Shown here piece after piece: positions 9,481 to 21,553 of a DNA stretch of 64,000 bases. Origin of the DNA: an uncultured Planctomycetota bacterium (GTDB taxonomy: Bacteria > Planctomycetota > Planctomycetia > Gemmatales > Gemmataceae); the NCBI GenBank assembly GCA_963849325.1, contig CAWKHF010000002.1, positions 128,001-192,000 on the forward strand, read 5' to 3'. The notes below the pieces were generated by a model, which was not told where the DNA came from, searched no databases, and was given only the letters and a program-made list of their open reading frames with translations. The position numbers and the translations under genes are program-made. Every line of letters starts with the position of its first letter. Position 1 is the first letter of the stretch.

Positions 9481-10809
9481 ATGGGCGCGGGACGTGTACT
9501 GGGAACGATGGCCCTGCTGCTGGCTCTGACGCCGGCCGGCGAGGCGCAGACATGTACGCTGGCCGAGACCGTGCAGGCCGGCGATTGCTTCACGATCCAG
9601 CTCGACATGAAACTGTCCGGCGAAATGCGCATCCGCAAGGATGACAAGACGATCCCTCTCAAGCTCGAAGCCGTCGCCGGCCACGAATATCCCGAGCGCA
9701 TCCTGGCCGTCGCCGCCGGCGGCAACGTGCAGAAGACCGCTCGCCTCTACCTGTCGGCCAAAGCGACCATCGCCGTCGGCGCCGATTCCGTCGAACGCAG
9801 TCTGCGCCCGGAGCGCCGGCTCTTCGTGGCCCAGCGCTACAAGGACCAGGGGCTGGTCTATTCGCCGTCGGGCGCGCTCACCCGTGCGGAACTGGACCTG
9901 ACCGCCGGCCACTTCGACAGCTCCGCCGTCACCGGCATTCTGCCCGGCAAGGCGGTGGCGGTCGGCGAGACCTGGAAGATACCCGCCAACGTGGTGCAGG
10001 CGCTGTGCAACTTCGAGGGGCTGACCGAGCACACCCTGACGGGCAAGCTCGAATCCGTGACGGCCGACGCTGCTACGTTTCGCCTAACCGGCACCGCCGC
10101 CGGCATCGACCTGGGCGCCATCGCCAAGCTGAAGATCGAGGCCGTCGGCCGCTTCGACCTCAAGATGAAACGGCTGGTGTCGCTGGAGTGGAAGCAAAAG
10201 GACGAGCGCGACCAGGGGCCGGTCAGCCCCGTGACGGTCGTGGAATCGACCACCTCGCTGAAGCGGCAGCCCATCGAGCAGCCCGACGCCCTGTCGGACG
10301 TGGCCCTGGTGTCGGTGCCGTCCGACGAGACGCCGCCGGCGCCGCTGACGCAACTCGACTACCGCGATCCGCAGGGCCGTTTCTCCTTCCTGCACCCGCG
10401 CGAGTGGCACGTCACGGCGCAGGGGAAGGAACAACTCATTCTGCGTTACATGGAGCGCGGCGACTTTATCGCCCAGCTGACCCTGACGCCGTGGAAGAAG
10501 GCCGAGAAGGGCAAGCACCTGACGGCGGAGGAATTCAAGGAGGCCATGAACGACACGGCCGGATGGGAGCCGGAGAAAGAACTGCAAGCCGGCGAGGTGC
10601 CGGCCGACAACGGCCGTTGGATTTATCGCTTCTCGACCCTGGGCCAGATGGACGGCGTGACCGCAGTGCAGAACTTCTACCTCGTGGCCACGCCCGAGGG
10701 CGAGCAGATGATCCTCGTCTTCACGATGACGCCCAAGCAGGTCGAAAAGCTCGGCGCCCGCGATCTGTCGCTGGTCGGCAGCCTGGAAATCCCCGCCTCA
10801 ACCAAGTGA
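9481..10809 (+). CDS. Hypothetical secreted protein
   Basis: GGGGAG RBS, signal peptide ending AGEA, GC3-biased codons. Confidence 0.8.
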   Translation: MGAGRVLGTMALLLALTPAGEAQTCTLAETVQAGDCFTIQLDMKLSGEMRIRKDDKTIPLKLEAVAGHEYPERILAVAAGGNVQKTARLYLSAKATIAVGADSVERSLRPERRLFVAQRYKDQGLVYSPSGALTRAELDLTAGHFDSSAVTGILPGKAVAVGETWKIPANVVQALCNFEGLTEHTLTGKLESVTADAATFRLTGTAAGIDLGAIAKLKIEAVGRFDLKMKRLVSLEWKQKDERDQGPVSPVTVVESTTSLKRQPIEQPDALSDVALVSVPSDETPPAPLTQLDYRDPQGRFSFLHPREWHVTAQGKEQLILRYMERGDFIAQLTLTPWKKAEKGKHLTAEEFKEAMNDTAGWEPEKELQAGEVPADNGRWIYRFSTLGQMDGVTAVQNFYLVATPEGEQMILVFTMTPKQVEKLGARDLSLVGSLEIPASTK

Positions 10810-10814
10810 ATTTT

Positions 10815-10864
10815 CCGTTGGGCCGCGCCAGCGGAGCGCTCCGCTGCGCGTCGCGGCTAAACGG
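10815..10864. repeat. REP-like palindrome family A (partial)
   Basis: CAGCGGAGCGCTCCGCTGCGCGTCGCGGCTAAACGG between convergent genes. Confidence 0.8.
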
Positions 10865-10870
10865 AGGACT

Positions 10871-11329
10871 TCACCCTTGCGGGTCGAAGCGGTGGGCGAG
10901 TCGTCGGCTGTTGATGTCGAGAGCTTCGAGGATTTGCAGGACGGGTTCGGTGGAGATGCCCCAGGTCTGGGCCCAGCAGATGATGTCGAGGTTTTCCTGG
11001 CCGGACTTGAGGCGGTCGAGGATGCGGTCGAGTAGCAGCGTGTTGTCGTGGAATTTTTTTTGCAGCAGTCCGAAGTCGCCGCGGTCGAGTTCCACCCAGA
11101 AGCGCTTGCCTTGCAGATGTTCCAGCCAGCGCGCCCTCAGATAGCCCCACCAGTGACACTGGACCCAGCGGCGGATGGCGGCCTCACCCAGGTCGCAGCC
11201 GGCCTTCTCGCTCTCAATCCATTTGTAGCGCAAGGCTTCTTGCTCGCCCTCGGCATACACGCTGGATTTTTCCACCGGTCTCTCCCCTGTTACGTCCGTC
11301 CCCATCGGTTGATACAGGTTCGCATTCAT
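10871..11329 (-). CDS. Hypothetical protein (YKWIESEKAG motif)
   Basis: 152 aa ORF with coding-like codon use. Confidence 0.8.
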   Translation of the reverse strand: MNANLYQPMGTDVTGERPVEKSSVYAEGEQEALRYKWIESEKAGCDLGEAAIRRWVQCHWWGYLRARWLEHLQGKRFWVELDRGDFGLLQKKFHDNTLLLDRILDRLKSGQENLDIICWAQTWGISTEPVLQILEALDINSRRLAHRFDPQG

Positions 11330-11488
11330 CCAGGTAGGCTCAATCCTTTCATTTTATCCTAACGCCGTCCGCCGCGGCGTGCAAGCGCAGACCCGGCCTG
11401 GCGCACCGCCTGGGCGATCCGCGCAGCCTGGATAAAGCGAGAATGCCGAATGCAAACCTGTCTTACCTCCCGCATGGGACGTGAAGGA

Positions 11489-12252
11489 TCACCGCGCCAG
11501 GAAGCCGCCATCGACGATGAATGTTTGTCCGGTGATGTAGCTGCCGGCGTCGCTGGCCAGCAGCAGGGCGGGGCCGACCAGCTCGCGCGGATCGCCCCAA
11601 CGGCCCACGGCGGTGCGATCGGCAAAGACCTTCTTTTCCGCCTCCGACAGTACCGACGCCGGCAGGTCAGTGAGGAAAGGGCCGGGGGCGATGCAGTTAA
11701 CGGTGATACCGAAGGCGCCGAGGTCGAGGGCGCTGCGCGGGCCAGGCCGAGCAGGGCCGACTTGGTCGCCGAGTAGATGTTCCGCTTCTCCTTGGAAATG
11801 AAACCCTGGATCGAGGAGATGTGGATGATGCGGCCCCAGCGTCGCGCCTTCATCTGCGGCACCAGGGCGCGGGTCAGGACCATGACCGAGTTGAGGTTGA
11901 TTTCGAGTACCTCGTCCCAGACCTCGTCGCTGATCTCGTCGATGGCCTGCGGCTTGTTGGTGCCGGCGTTGTTGATGAGGATGTCCACCCGGCCCATCTG
12001 CTCCAGGGCGGTGCGCGCCAGCCGCACCACTTCCTCGCGCCGGCTCATGTCGGCGACGACGAACCGGCCCTGGCGTCCGGTGCCCCGGAGGATGTCGTCC
12101 AGGGCGGTGCGCAGCTCGTTTTCGTGCCGGCTGGAGATAAGGATGTCCGCGCCGGCCTCGGCCAGCCCACGGGCCATGGCCTTGCCCAGTCCCTTGCTGC
12201 CGCCCGTCACCAGGGCCACCTTGCCGGTCAAGTTGAAGAGGTCCAGGGCCAT
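11489..12252 (-). CDS. SDR family NAD(P)-dependent oxidoreductase (frameshift near 11735)
   Basis: TGGSKGLG, NNAG, YSATK; C-terminal ITVNCIAPG...YITGQTFIVDGG in another frame. Confidence 0.9.
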
Positions 12253-12406
12253 GTGCGATCCTCCGCGATGCGGAATGCGGTCTCGAAGTCACCGTGTCGT
12301 CACTATAGGGAATTGGATTCGGTTGGCCGCTTGCTCTTGACGTGCCCAGCAGTCGTGGCTATCGTCCTGCACCTTCACGCGGAAGATAGTCAAGACTCCG
12401 ACAAGG

Positions 12407-13322
12407 ATGCGAGTCATGCGTCGTTGCTGGGCCGTGGTGATCGCCCTGGGGCTGGGGGCGCTGGCGGGCTGCTTCAGCAGTCCGGCGGAGCGCTCGACCT
12501 CTCGGCTGCACGCACCGCCGCCGGCCGGCCTCGTTGGCGAGGACGTCGTCTTCATGGACGTTTCCATCCTGGAAAGACCGCCCGGCGATCCGTTCCTCAA
12601 TGGCGAGCTGTGGAGCGAGGCCGACGAGCAGGCCGTTCGCGCCGACGGCGGCGAGCAGGCCGTCACCCTCGAGCGCAAGACCGAGCTGGGACAGAACGGC
12701 TTCCGTGCCGGCCAGGTCAGCGGTCTGTTGCCGCCGGCCAAGCTGCAAGATCTGTTGCTGTCCAAATATAACTTGCAGCACTACCGCGTGGAGATGCACG
12801 CCAGCCACGAAACGACCGTCGCGCTCGGCCCGCTTTGGCCGCACTGTCGCTGCCGTCTCTCTCGCGAGGACCAGGCGGCGGCCGTCGATCTCCCGAAAGC
12901 CCAGTGTCTGCTCGAAGTGGTGCCGTCCCTGGCCGACGATGGCCGTATTCGCCTGCGCTTCACGCCGCACGTCAAGCATGGCGAGGTGAAGACGGCCTTC
13001 ACGCCGCTGCGCGATGCCGCCGGCGTCCTGCGCCTGGGGCAAGCAGGAACAACAGCCCGAAGAGGTGTACTCCTGGCTGAGTTGGACCGTCACCGTGGCG
13101 CCGAATGAATACGTGGTGATCGGCACTCGTCTGGACAGGGGCGAGACGCTGGGCGAGCAGTTTTTCTTCTCCGGCGAAGAGACGCCGCCAGTGCAGCGCT
13201 TGCTGGTCCTGCGCACGGCCCACGTGCCGACGCCTAGCGGACCCGGCGACGAGACGCCGAGCCGTTCGCCGCCCCTGGCGCTGTGCGCGAGCATGACCGC
13301 CGCGCGCGGCTACGGCGAATAG
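12407..13322 (+). CDS. Hypothetical lipoprotein (frameshift near 13030)
   Basis: Lipobox LAGC after a hydrophobic signal; continues in ORF 13014-13322. Confidence 0.65.
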
Positions 13323-13435
13323 CAGAGTATCGTGAGGCTTTCCATCCCCGTTGGCCCCCTTCCCTCCTTTGCCGCCGACCGATAGGGTGATGGAAGACCC
13401 GTCGCCGAGGTTCCCTAGCCGAAAGCCGCAAGTCG

Positions 13436-14635
13436 ATGACCGAGGTCGCTGCTCTGCCGGCGGTGCGTCTGAAGATCGCCCGCCGTTCCTCGCATCCGTG
13501 GATCTTCCAGAAGATGGTCGAGAAGCCGGCGACGCGCCTGCCGCCGGGAAGTGTCGTGGACGTGGTCGATCGGGATGGCCAGTGGGTCGGCCGCGGTTTT
13601 TACAACGGCCATTCGCGCATCACCCTGCGCGTGCTGAGCAGCGATCCGGCCGAGACGATCGACGATGCTTTTTTCGCTCGCCGCATCGGCCGGGCCGTGG
13701 CCCTGCGCCGCGACGGACTCGGACTCGATGCCGTCACGGATGCGTACCGCCTCGTCCATTCCGAGGGCGACGGCCTGAGCGGTCTGGTGGTCGATCGTTT
13801 TGGCCCGCTGATCGTGCTGGAGTTTTTCGCCGCCGGCATGTATCGCTTCCGGTCGGCCATCACGTCGGCCCTGGCGAATCACTTCCCCGACAGCCGTTTC
13901 TACTGGTTCGCCGAGGAGCACGTTCAGAAACAGGAATCGTTCGACTGCCGCCCGGCGGACGTGCCCGCGCCGGAGGTCATTGTCGAGCATGGCGTCCGCT
14001 TCCGCGTCGTCCCCGGCAGCAAGCACAAGACCGGCTTCTTCCTCGACCAGCGCGACAACCGGCATCGGCTTGCCTCGTTCTGCAAGGACAAGCGCGTCCT
14101 CGATCTGTGCTGCAACAGCGGCGGGTTCGCCGTCTACGCCAAGGCGGCCGGCGGCGCCGACGAGGTGGTCGGCGTCGATCTCGACGAGCAAGCCCTGGCG
14201 TTGGCCCGTCAGAACGCCGGGCTGAATCAGGCGCGGGTGCGCTTCGTGCAGGCAGACCTGTTTCCCTGGCTGCGCGACATCCTCGCCACGGGGCAGCGCT
14301 TCGACGTGGTTGTCCTCGACCCGGCCAAGCAGACGCGCGACCGCGAAGAGGTCTCGTACGCCCTGAAGCGTTACCTGGACATGAACCGCCTCGCCTTGCA
14401 GGCGGTGGCGCCGGGCGGCATCTTCTTGACGTGCTCCTGCACCGGCCTGGTGAGCGAGGCCGACTTTCTCGATACCGTTCGCCGCGCCGCCTGGCAGGCG
14501 GGACGCAGCGTGCAAGTGCTGCGGGTCGCCGGCGCGGGAGCCGACCATCCGTTCTTGCTGCACGTCCCGGAAGGGCGCTATCTGAAAGCGGTGTTTTGCC
14601 GGGTGGAAGAGGTGAAAGCGCCCCCGACGAGTTGA
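13436..14635 (+). CDS. RlmI-like class I SAM-dependent rRNA methyltransferase
   Basis: HPWIF PUA domain, [29 protein letters not shown] motif. Confidence 0.9.
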   Translation: MTEVAALPAVRLKIARRSSHPWIFQKMVEKPATRLPPGSVVDVVDRDGQWVGRGFYNGHSRITLRVLSSDPAETIDDAFFARRIGRAVALRRDGLGLDAVTDAYRLVHSEGDGLSGLVVDRFGPLIVLEFFAAGMYRFRSAITSALANHFPDSRFYWFAEEHVQKQESFDCRPADVPAPEVIVEHGVRFRVVPGSKHKTGFFLDQRDNRHRLASFCKDKRVLDLCCNSGGFAVYAKAAGGADEVVGVDLDEQALALARQNAGLNQARVRFVQADLFPWLRDILATGQRFDVVVLDPAKQTRDREEVSYALKRYLDMNRLALQAVAPGGIFLTCSCTGLVSEADFLDTVRRAAWQAGRSVQVLRVAGAGADHPFLLHVPEGRYLKAVFCRVEEVKAPPTS

Positions 14636-14645
14636 CGCTGCACAG

Positions 14646-14718
14646 TTTCCCCACCAGCCTGGAGCGCCAGCGACGGGTTGTTGTAACCCGTCGCTGGCGC
14701 TCCGGGCTGGTGGGGAAA
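14646..14718. repeat. REP-like palindrome family B (AGCCTGGAGCGCCAGCGA)
   Basis: Long hairpin between convergent genes. Confidence 0.85.
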
Positions 14719-14725
14719 GAGTCCC

Positions 14726-15825
<1,100 letters not shown>

Positions 15826-15855
15826 GCGTTCCTCCTTGCTTGCCCCGAGGCTTTT

Positions 15856-16776
15856 CTACGGATTGTGGCCCAACCGGCGAGGGTCTTGCCCCGCGACGCC
15901 AGCAGGCGCCGCCAGGCGGTCGGCCGACAGACGCGGCTCGTCCAGCAGCAGGCTGTCCATCTCCTTGAAGACGAAGCCGCCCAGGTCGTCGCCGGTCCAG
16001 CCGAGCGTGCGCAGGTGCTCGCCGATCTGTTCCAGGCAATGGTCGCGCAGGCGGGCCGTCTGCCGCGAGACGTTGCCCTCGTGGATGCCCAGCAGCGTCG
16101 CCACTTCGCGCTGACTGAGACGATAGCGCAGACGCAGGCCGAGGATGAGCACTTCCTGCTCGGACAAGCCGTCCAGCCATTCGCGCGCGGCCAACCGGAA
16201 CTCATCGTACCAGCGCTCGTGGCCGTCGTCGGGAAAAGGCAGATCGCGTTCGCCCAGATCGTCCTCGGGCAAGGGCTGCGCACGATCGTGGCGGTGGCGC
16301 AGGTCGGAGAGGTGCTTGTTCTGGAAGACGCGGATGAGCCAGGGCACCAGCGGCCGTTGGCCGTCGTAGCGGGCCAGGATCGGCAGCGAACCCTCGCATT
16401 CGCCGGCCAGCAGATAGCCCCAGAACTCGGCGACGGCCTCGTCCTGCCGTTCCAGGTTGCGCGGGAACAGGCGCACGGCCCGCAGACGCAGGGCATCGAC
16501 GAGAAGGCAGTCGGTGCGGTTGGCCCGCGCGGCGAACAGTGCTTCCCAGGCGCCTTTCTGTCCGTCCAGACAGGCGCAGGCCAGGAACCAGTCCACCGCG
16601 TGCAGGTTCTCCAGAAATAACTCCCATGTCGTCGTTTCTCCCTTGCGGGCGTGCTTGACGCGGTTCAGCTCGAACGCGCGCCGCAGCTGAGGCTCGAAGA
16701 CCGAGAAGGGCAGAGCGACCGCCGGCAGCCGCAGGCGGCAGAAGTGATATAGCAGGGCCGTTTGCGTCGCATTCAT
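15856..16776 (-). CDS. Sigma-70 family (ECF-like) sigma factor
   Basis: DWFLACAC N-terminal motif, region-2-like RYDGQRPLVPWL, region-4 HTH LSQREVATLLGIHEGNVSR. Confidence 0.8.
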   Translation of the reverse strand: MNATQTALLYHFCRLRLPAVALPFSVFEPQLRRAFELNRVKHARKGETTTWELFLENLHAVDWFLACACLDGQKGAWEALFAARANRTDCLLVDALRLRAVRLFPRNLERQDEAVAEFWGYLLAGECEGSLPILARYDGQRPLVPWLIRVFQNKHLSDLRHRHDRAQPLPEDDLGERDLPFPDDGHERWYDEFRLAAREWLDGLSEQEVLILGLRLRYRLSQREVATLLGIHEGNVSRQTARLRDHCLEQIGEHLRTLGWTGDDLGGFVFKEMDSLLLDEPRLSADRLAAPAGVAGQDPRRLGHNP

Positions 16777-16849
16777 AGTTCTGAGTTCTGAGTTCTGAGT
16801 TCTGAGTTCTGTATTTTCACTCAGAACTCAGAACTCAGAACTCAGAACT
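16777..16849. repeat. Heptamer inverted element (AGTTCTG family)
   Basis: 5x AGTTCTG...4x CAGAACT, filling the gap between the mlaD-like stop and the sigma ATG. Confidence 0.95.
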
Positions 16850-16851
16850 TC

Positions 16852-17901
16852 TTACGTTCCCTGGGGCACGAAAACGAGGACTTCAATGCGTGCAGGGGGC
16901 AGAGAGTCGGTCTCCGGGGCGGGCGGCGGCTTGACGCCCTGGCCAAGCGGCGTCACCTTGCGCGAGGAGAACCAGCCCATTTTCTGGATGGCGTACTGCT
17001 TTTTCAGGTAATCGCAGACGGCCTCGCTCTGCTGGCGCGTGACGGTTCGGGCCAGGTTGGCCGCGACGGAATGAGGATCGGCGTAGCTGACGATCACGAC
17101 CTCGGAGCCTTTGTGCTTCATGCCTTCCAGCCAGGGCGCGAGGCGGTCGAGGCGCTGGCGGCCGGGGGCGGTGAGGACGGCCCGGCCCGGCTCGAACAGT
17201 TCCGACTCGGCGAAGCACTGGCGGTTGCGCTCGCAGTTGGGCCGCACCAGCAAGCCGGTCGGATCCTCGACGTAATCGCGCACCACCGGCATGTGTTTCA
17301 CGGCGTCGGCGCCCTGGCCGATGGAGACCATCGTCTCGCGGCCCTGCTGGATCAGGGCGAGCAGGGCGTCGTAGGCTTGCGGATCGTGGGCCAGTTTGCC
17401 CAGCGTGCCCTCGCCGCTCTGGATGCCTTGCAGCGTTTGTTTGACCTGGCCGAGCACGTCGGCCAACTCCGTGCTCGGCTCCGACTCAAGCAGGGCGTCC
17501 TCGGCGGCGAGTTCGTCGGTCTGTCCGGATCGAGCGGCACGAGGGTGGATCTCCAGGACCTTGCCGCCGAGCATGCCTTCGCTGACGATTTGCACGGTCG
17601 AGCTGGCTCGCACCAGCCGGCGGTATTCGTTCTTCAGACTCAGGCGAAGCACGACCGGCTCGTCGGGCGTCTCAGGCGGCGCGATGGCGACGACCTCGCC
17701 GGCGTCGATGCCCTGGATGCGGACGCGCGTACCGACCTCGACGCCGCGGATCTCGCGGAAGCCGACGCGCACGTGCCAGGGATCTTTGCCGAACCAGCCC
17801 CGGCTGCCGACGGCGAACAGGCCGAGCACGGCCAGCCCCACGCCCACCAGGACGGTCAGGCCCAACACCAGCGCTTGCAGACGCGACAGGGTACGCGACA
17901 C
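16852..17901 (-). CDS. MlaD/MCE-family protein with C-terminal OmpA-like domain
   Basis: N-terminal TM helix, GVEVGTRVRIQGIDAGEV, SEGMLGGK; LFEPGRAVL...QSEAVCDYL...RIEV. Confidence 0.8.
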   Translation of the reverse strand: MSRTLSRLQALVLGLTVLVGVGLAVLGLFAVGSRGWFGKDPWHVRVGFREIRGVEVGTRVRIQGIDAGEVVAIAPPETPDEPVVLRLSLKNEYRRLVRASSTVQIVSEGMLGGKVLEIHPRAARSGQTDELAAEDALLESEPSTELADVLGQVKQTLQGIQSGEGTLGKLAHDPQAYDALLALIQQGRETMVSIGQGADAVKHMPVVRDYVEDPTGLLVRPNCERNRQCFAESELFEPGRAVLTAPGRQRLDRLAPWLEGMKHKGSEVVIVSYADPHSVAANLARTVTRQQSEAVCDYLKKQYAIQKMGWFSSRKVTPLGQGVKPPPAPETDSLPPARIEVLVFVPQGT

Positions 17902-17926
17902 GCTTCGTTCTCCCCACTTCCACCAG

Positions 17927-17974
17927 CCCGGAGCGTCCGCGACGGGCGCTTTCAGCCGTCGCGGACGCTCCGGG
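17927..17974. repeat. REP-like palindrome family B variant
   Basis: CCCGGAGCGTCCGCGACGG...CCGTCGCGGACGCTCCGGG. Confidence 0.75.
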
Positions 17975-18045
17975 GTCATTGGGACGCATCTGCATCATTA
18001 TATCTCCTGCACCCGTCCGCGCCGCCAGCTAGTGGACGCAACTCT

Positions 18046-18099
18046 TCCGAGCCTGAAGCGTAAGCGAAGAGGGGACTTCGCTTACGCTTCAGGCTCGGA
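18046..18099. repeat. REP-like palindrome family B (TCCGAGCCTGAAGCGTAAGCGAAG)
   Basis: Perfect arms; identical arms at 21462. Confidence 0.9.
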
Positions 18100-18236
18100 C
18101 AAACACATATGGACCGCCAGCTTTGAGGAATTTTGCCTCTGGGCCTCGAATTGCTCTTTGCAGGCGCCCCCTGTCGGCGTCTATGATGAGGGAAGCCTCG
18201 TCTGGGAATCGATGTACACGCGGCGGAGATGTCATC

Positions 18237-21200
18237 ATGGCCACTCAAAGCAGTTTCAAACAGCAATGCCCTAGCTGTGAGGCGATGGTCCCGATCCGCG
18301 ATCCCAAGCTCGTCGGCCGGAAAATCGACTGTCCCAAGTGCAAGTATCGCTTCGTAGTCGAGGAACCCGAAGAGGCGGAAGAACTCGAGGAGGCCGGCCC
18401 GGCCAAGAAGGGCAAGTCGGGGTCCGCCGCCACCAACAAGAAGCCGGCCCCCGGCAAGGGCAAGCCCGCCCGCCGGCCCGGCGACGAGGACGACGACGAG
18501 GAAGCCAAGCCGCAAAAGAAGCAAAGCGGCAGCGGTTCGACGATGCTCGTCCTGGGCATCGGACTCGCCGCCGTCGCCGTCGTGGCCCTGGCCATCGGCG
18601 GCTGGGCGCTGTTCGGCGGCGACAGCAAGCCCTCCTCCTCCGGCTCTCCCTCCAACTCGACGGCAAACGTCAATCCCACGACGACCCCGGAGGTCGCCAA
18701 GAAGGCGGACGAGAACAAGAAGAAGGAGGAGATCAAGCCGCGCCTGGGCGACGCCACCAACCTGCTGCCCAACGATTCCCAGGTCGTCCTCAACCTGCCG
18801 ATGGACCATCTGCTGGCCAACGGCGCCTTCAAGACGGCGGTGTTGCAGACGCCCGGCTCGTTCCGCGCGGACAGATTCGAGCGCATCTGGGGCATTCCCC
18901 CCGATAAAATCACCCAGGTCGTCATGGGCCTCAACGTCAGCAAGCAGACCGTCTTCTCGGTGATGCGCACCGACAATCCGATGAAACCGGACCAGGTCGT
19001 CGCCGGCCTGAAACTCCGCGCCGAGGCGCCGATCGGCGGCATGAAGTATTACCTGCTCACCAAGCCGCTCGATAGTCTGAGCACGTTGCTGCTCAAGGCC
19101 AATCAGCCGCGCGACAAGTTTGCCCTGTCCTTCCTCGACAATTACACGGTAGTCTGCGCCGACCTGGGGCCGATGCAGCAATTCTTGAAGGAAAAGGGCC
19201 ATCCGAAGCATTTGACGAACTTGCCGGTCGCCGAAACGCCGGCGCAGGAGGGAGCGCCGGGTACCCAGGGCGGACAACCGGGGGCACCCGGGACAACACC
19301 AGGCGGACCTCCTGGATCGGGCGGCCAACGGCCGGGCGCTCCGGGAAACCCGTCCTCTCCTCCACCGTCCGGCAGTTCGTCCACGCCTCCGGGCCGTCAA
19401 TCGTCAAACACTCAGCCGGGCAGTCCTTCCTCGGGATACAAGCCGCCTTCGGGCTACCAGCCGCCGGGCCGCAGCCCCGGCATGATGCCCGGCGCGAACT
19501 CGGAAGGCGGCAACGCGCCCGCCGAGACGATGAGTCCTTCCTATCTCACCGTCGATCCGAACCTTAAAGCGGCGCTGGATCAGGTCGAGAAGACCGAAAA
19601 GAAAGAGCCGGGACTGCTGCTGAGCGTGGCGGTTCAGACATCGCTATTGTCCGTGGACGATCTGAAAAAACTCGCGGCCCAGCAGGACAATAGCGTGCGG
19701 GTTCCCGATTTCGTCCTCAAGATGGGTTTGGAGCAGATGCAGAGCAAGGTCAAAACGGTTGCCCTTGGTCTAACCGAACTGAGCATCGATAAGGTTTCCG
19801 GGGCGGTAGCCGTGGCCCAGCGCGACGAACAACTTGCTCTAACGTCCGAGAAAGAGCTTAGTGACGTTCTGCCTAAACTCCTGGTCCTTATGGGCGTTGA
19901 CCTCGCACCGAAGAACGTCAATCCGGGCGACAATCCCGACATGGTGGGATCTAATGCTTATCCTCCGGGCATGCAGCAGCCCGGCGGCTATCCACAGCCT
20001 GGTGTGCGGCCTGGTGTGCGGCCGGGCGTCGCGCCTGGCAGTCCCTTCCCGCCGCCGCCCGGCGCCGACGACGAGCCGGAAGAGAAGGGCAAGGATGGCA
20101 ACTTTCTGATCTGGTCCAAAGAGAATGTCGTCGCGCTGGCGGTGAACCGAAACATCAAGGAGAGCCATTCCGTCGTCATCGCCCTGTACCTCGCCGAAGG
20201 CATCAAGGCGCTCAAGGGCATGGCGGACATGTCGGACAACCGCTGGCGCATCCACGAGTTGGCGGCGGCGACTCAGGCGTTCCTCAAGAAAGAGGGCCAC
20301 TTCCCACGCGGCACCGTGTTCCGCGCCCGCCACCGACCGCGTCATCGATTGGCGGCCCGATCAGCGGCTGAGCTGGATGGTCTCGCTGTTGCCCTACGTC
20401 GCCGACGGCGAATTCAAGAACCTGCCCTTGGACAACGAGAAATCGTGGGACGAGCCTCCGGTGAACGTGTTCACGGCGTCCACCGTCGTTCCGCCGTACA
20501 TCGCTCCGCTGCCGCCGGACAAGCCGTACTCCTTCTACATCCAGTATCCCGGCCACAAAGGCGCGCCGGTGGCCGCCACGCACTACGTCGGCATCGCCGG
20601 CGTCGGCCTGGACGCCGCCGAATACCGCGCCGACGACCCGGCGACGGCCAAGCTGCGCGGTATCTTCGGTTATGACCGCGAGACCAAGCTTGACCAGATC
20701 AAGGACGGCTCAGGCGAAACGATCCTGCTGATCCAGGTGCCGCCCGATCCCAAATCGCCGTGGATCGCCGGCGGCGGCAGCACGGTTCGCGGCGTGTCCG
20801 AGGACCTCGACTGCGTGCAGTCGTTCGTGTGTACCGAATACAAGGACCAGCGCGGCACCTTCGCCATCATGGCCGACGGCAAGGTACGCTTCATCCCGGC
20901 CACCATCGACCCGAAGGTGTTCCAGGCGATGTGTACCATCGCCGGCGGCGAAAAAATCAAGAACCTCGACGCCATCGCGCCGGAGGTGCCGCCGCCGGAG
21001 GAGCCGCAGGCCGAGCTGAAGACGGAGCCGCCGCCCCCGGTCGCCAAACCGCCGGAGCCGCCGAAGCCGGCGACGCCCTCGGCCCCTGCTCCGCGCGACG
21101 CCCGCACCGCCATCCCTCGCTCCAATCAGCTCAAGATGATCGGGTTGGCGTACCACAGTTACGCGGGCACGAACAAACGGCCGCCGAGCAAGATCGAGGA

Positions 21201-21435
21201 ACTGGCTCCGTTCTACGAGAACAACGCCGCCATCACCGCCGCCGTCCACGACGGCACGATCGTCGTACTCTGGAACGCCTCGTTCCAAACAATGACCGCC
21301 GGTACCTCCAACACCGTCCTGGCCTACGAGAAGGACGCCAAGGACAAGGGTGGGGTGGTACTCATGGCCGACGGGTCGGTGCGGACCATGACGGCCAAGG
21401 AGTTCGAGGGGGCGGCCAAGGCGGCCGGGAAATGA
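18237..21435 (+). CDS. Large zinc-ribbon/TM protein with two C-terminal DUF1559-like domains (frameshift near 20325)
   Basis: CPSC...CPKC, TM helix, G/P/S linkers, RLSWMVSLLPY, IKDGSGETI, MADGKVRF, NQLKMIGLAYHSY, MADGSVR. Confidence 0.75.
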
Positions 21436-21461
21436 CCGGGGCTGGCCAAGACACGTTTTCG

Positions 21462-21536
21462 TCCGAGCCTGAAGCGTAAGCGAAGAGGACGATAACCTTC
21501 GGTTATCGTCCTCTTCGCTTACGCTTCAGGCTCGGA
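21462..21536. repeat. REP-like palindrome family B, perfect hairpin with CTTCGG loop
   Basis: About 35-bp perfect stem between convergent genes. Confidence 0.9.
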
Positions 21537-21553
21537 GGGAGCAAAAGGAACCC

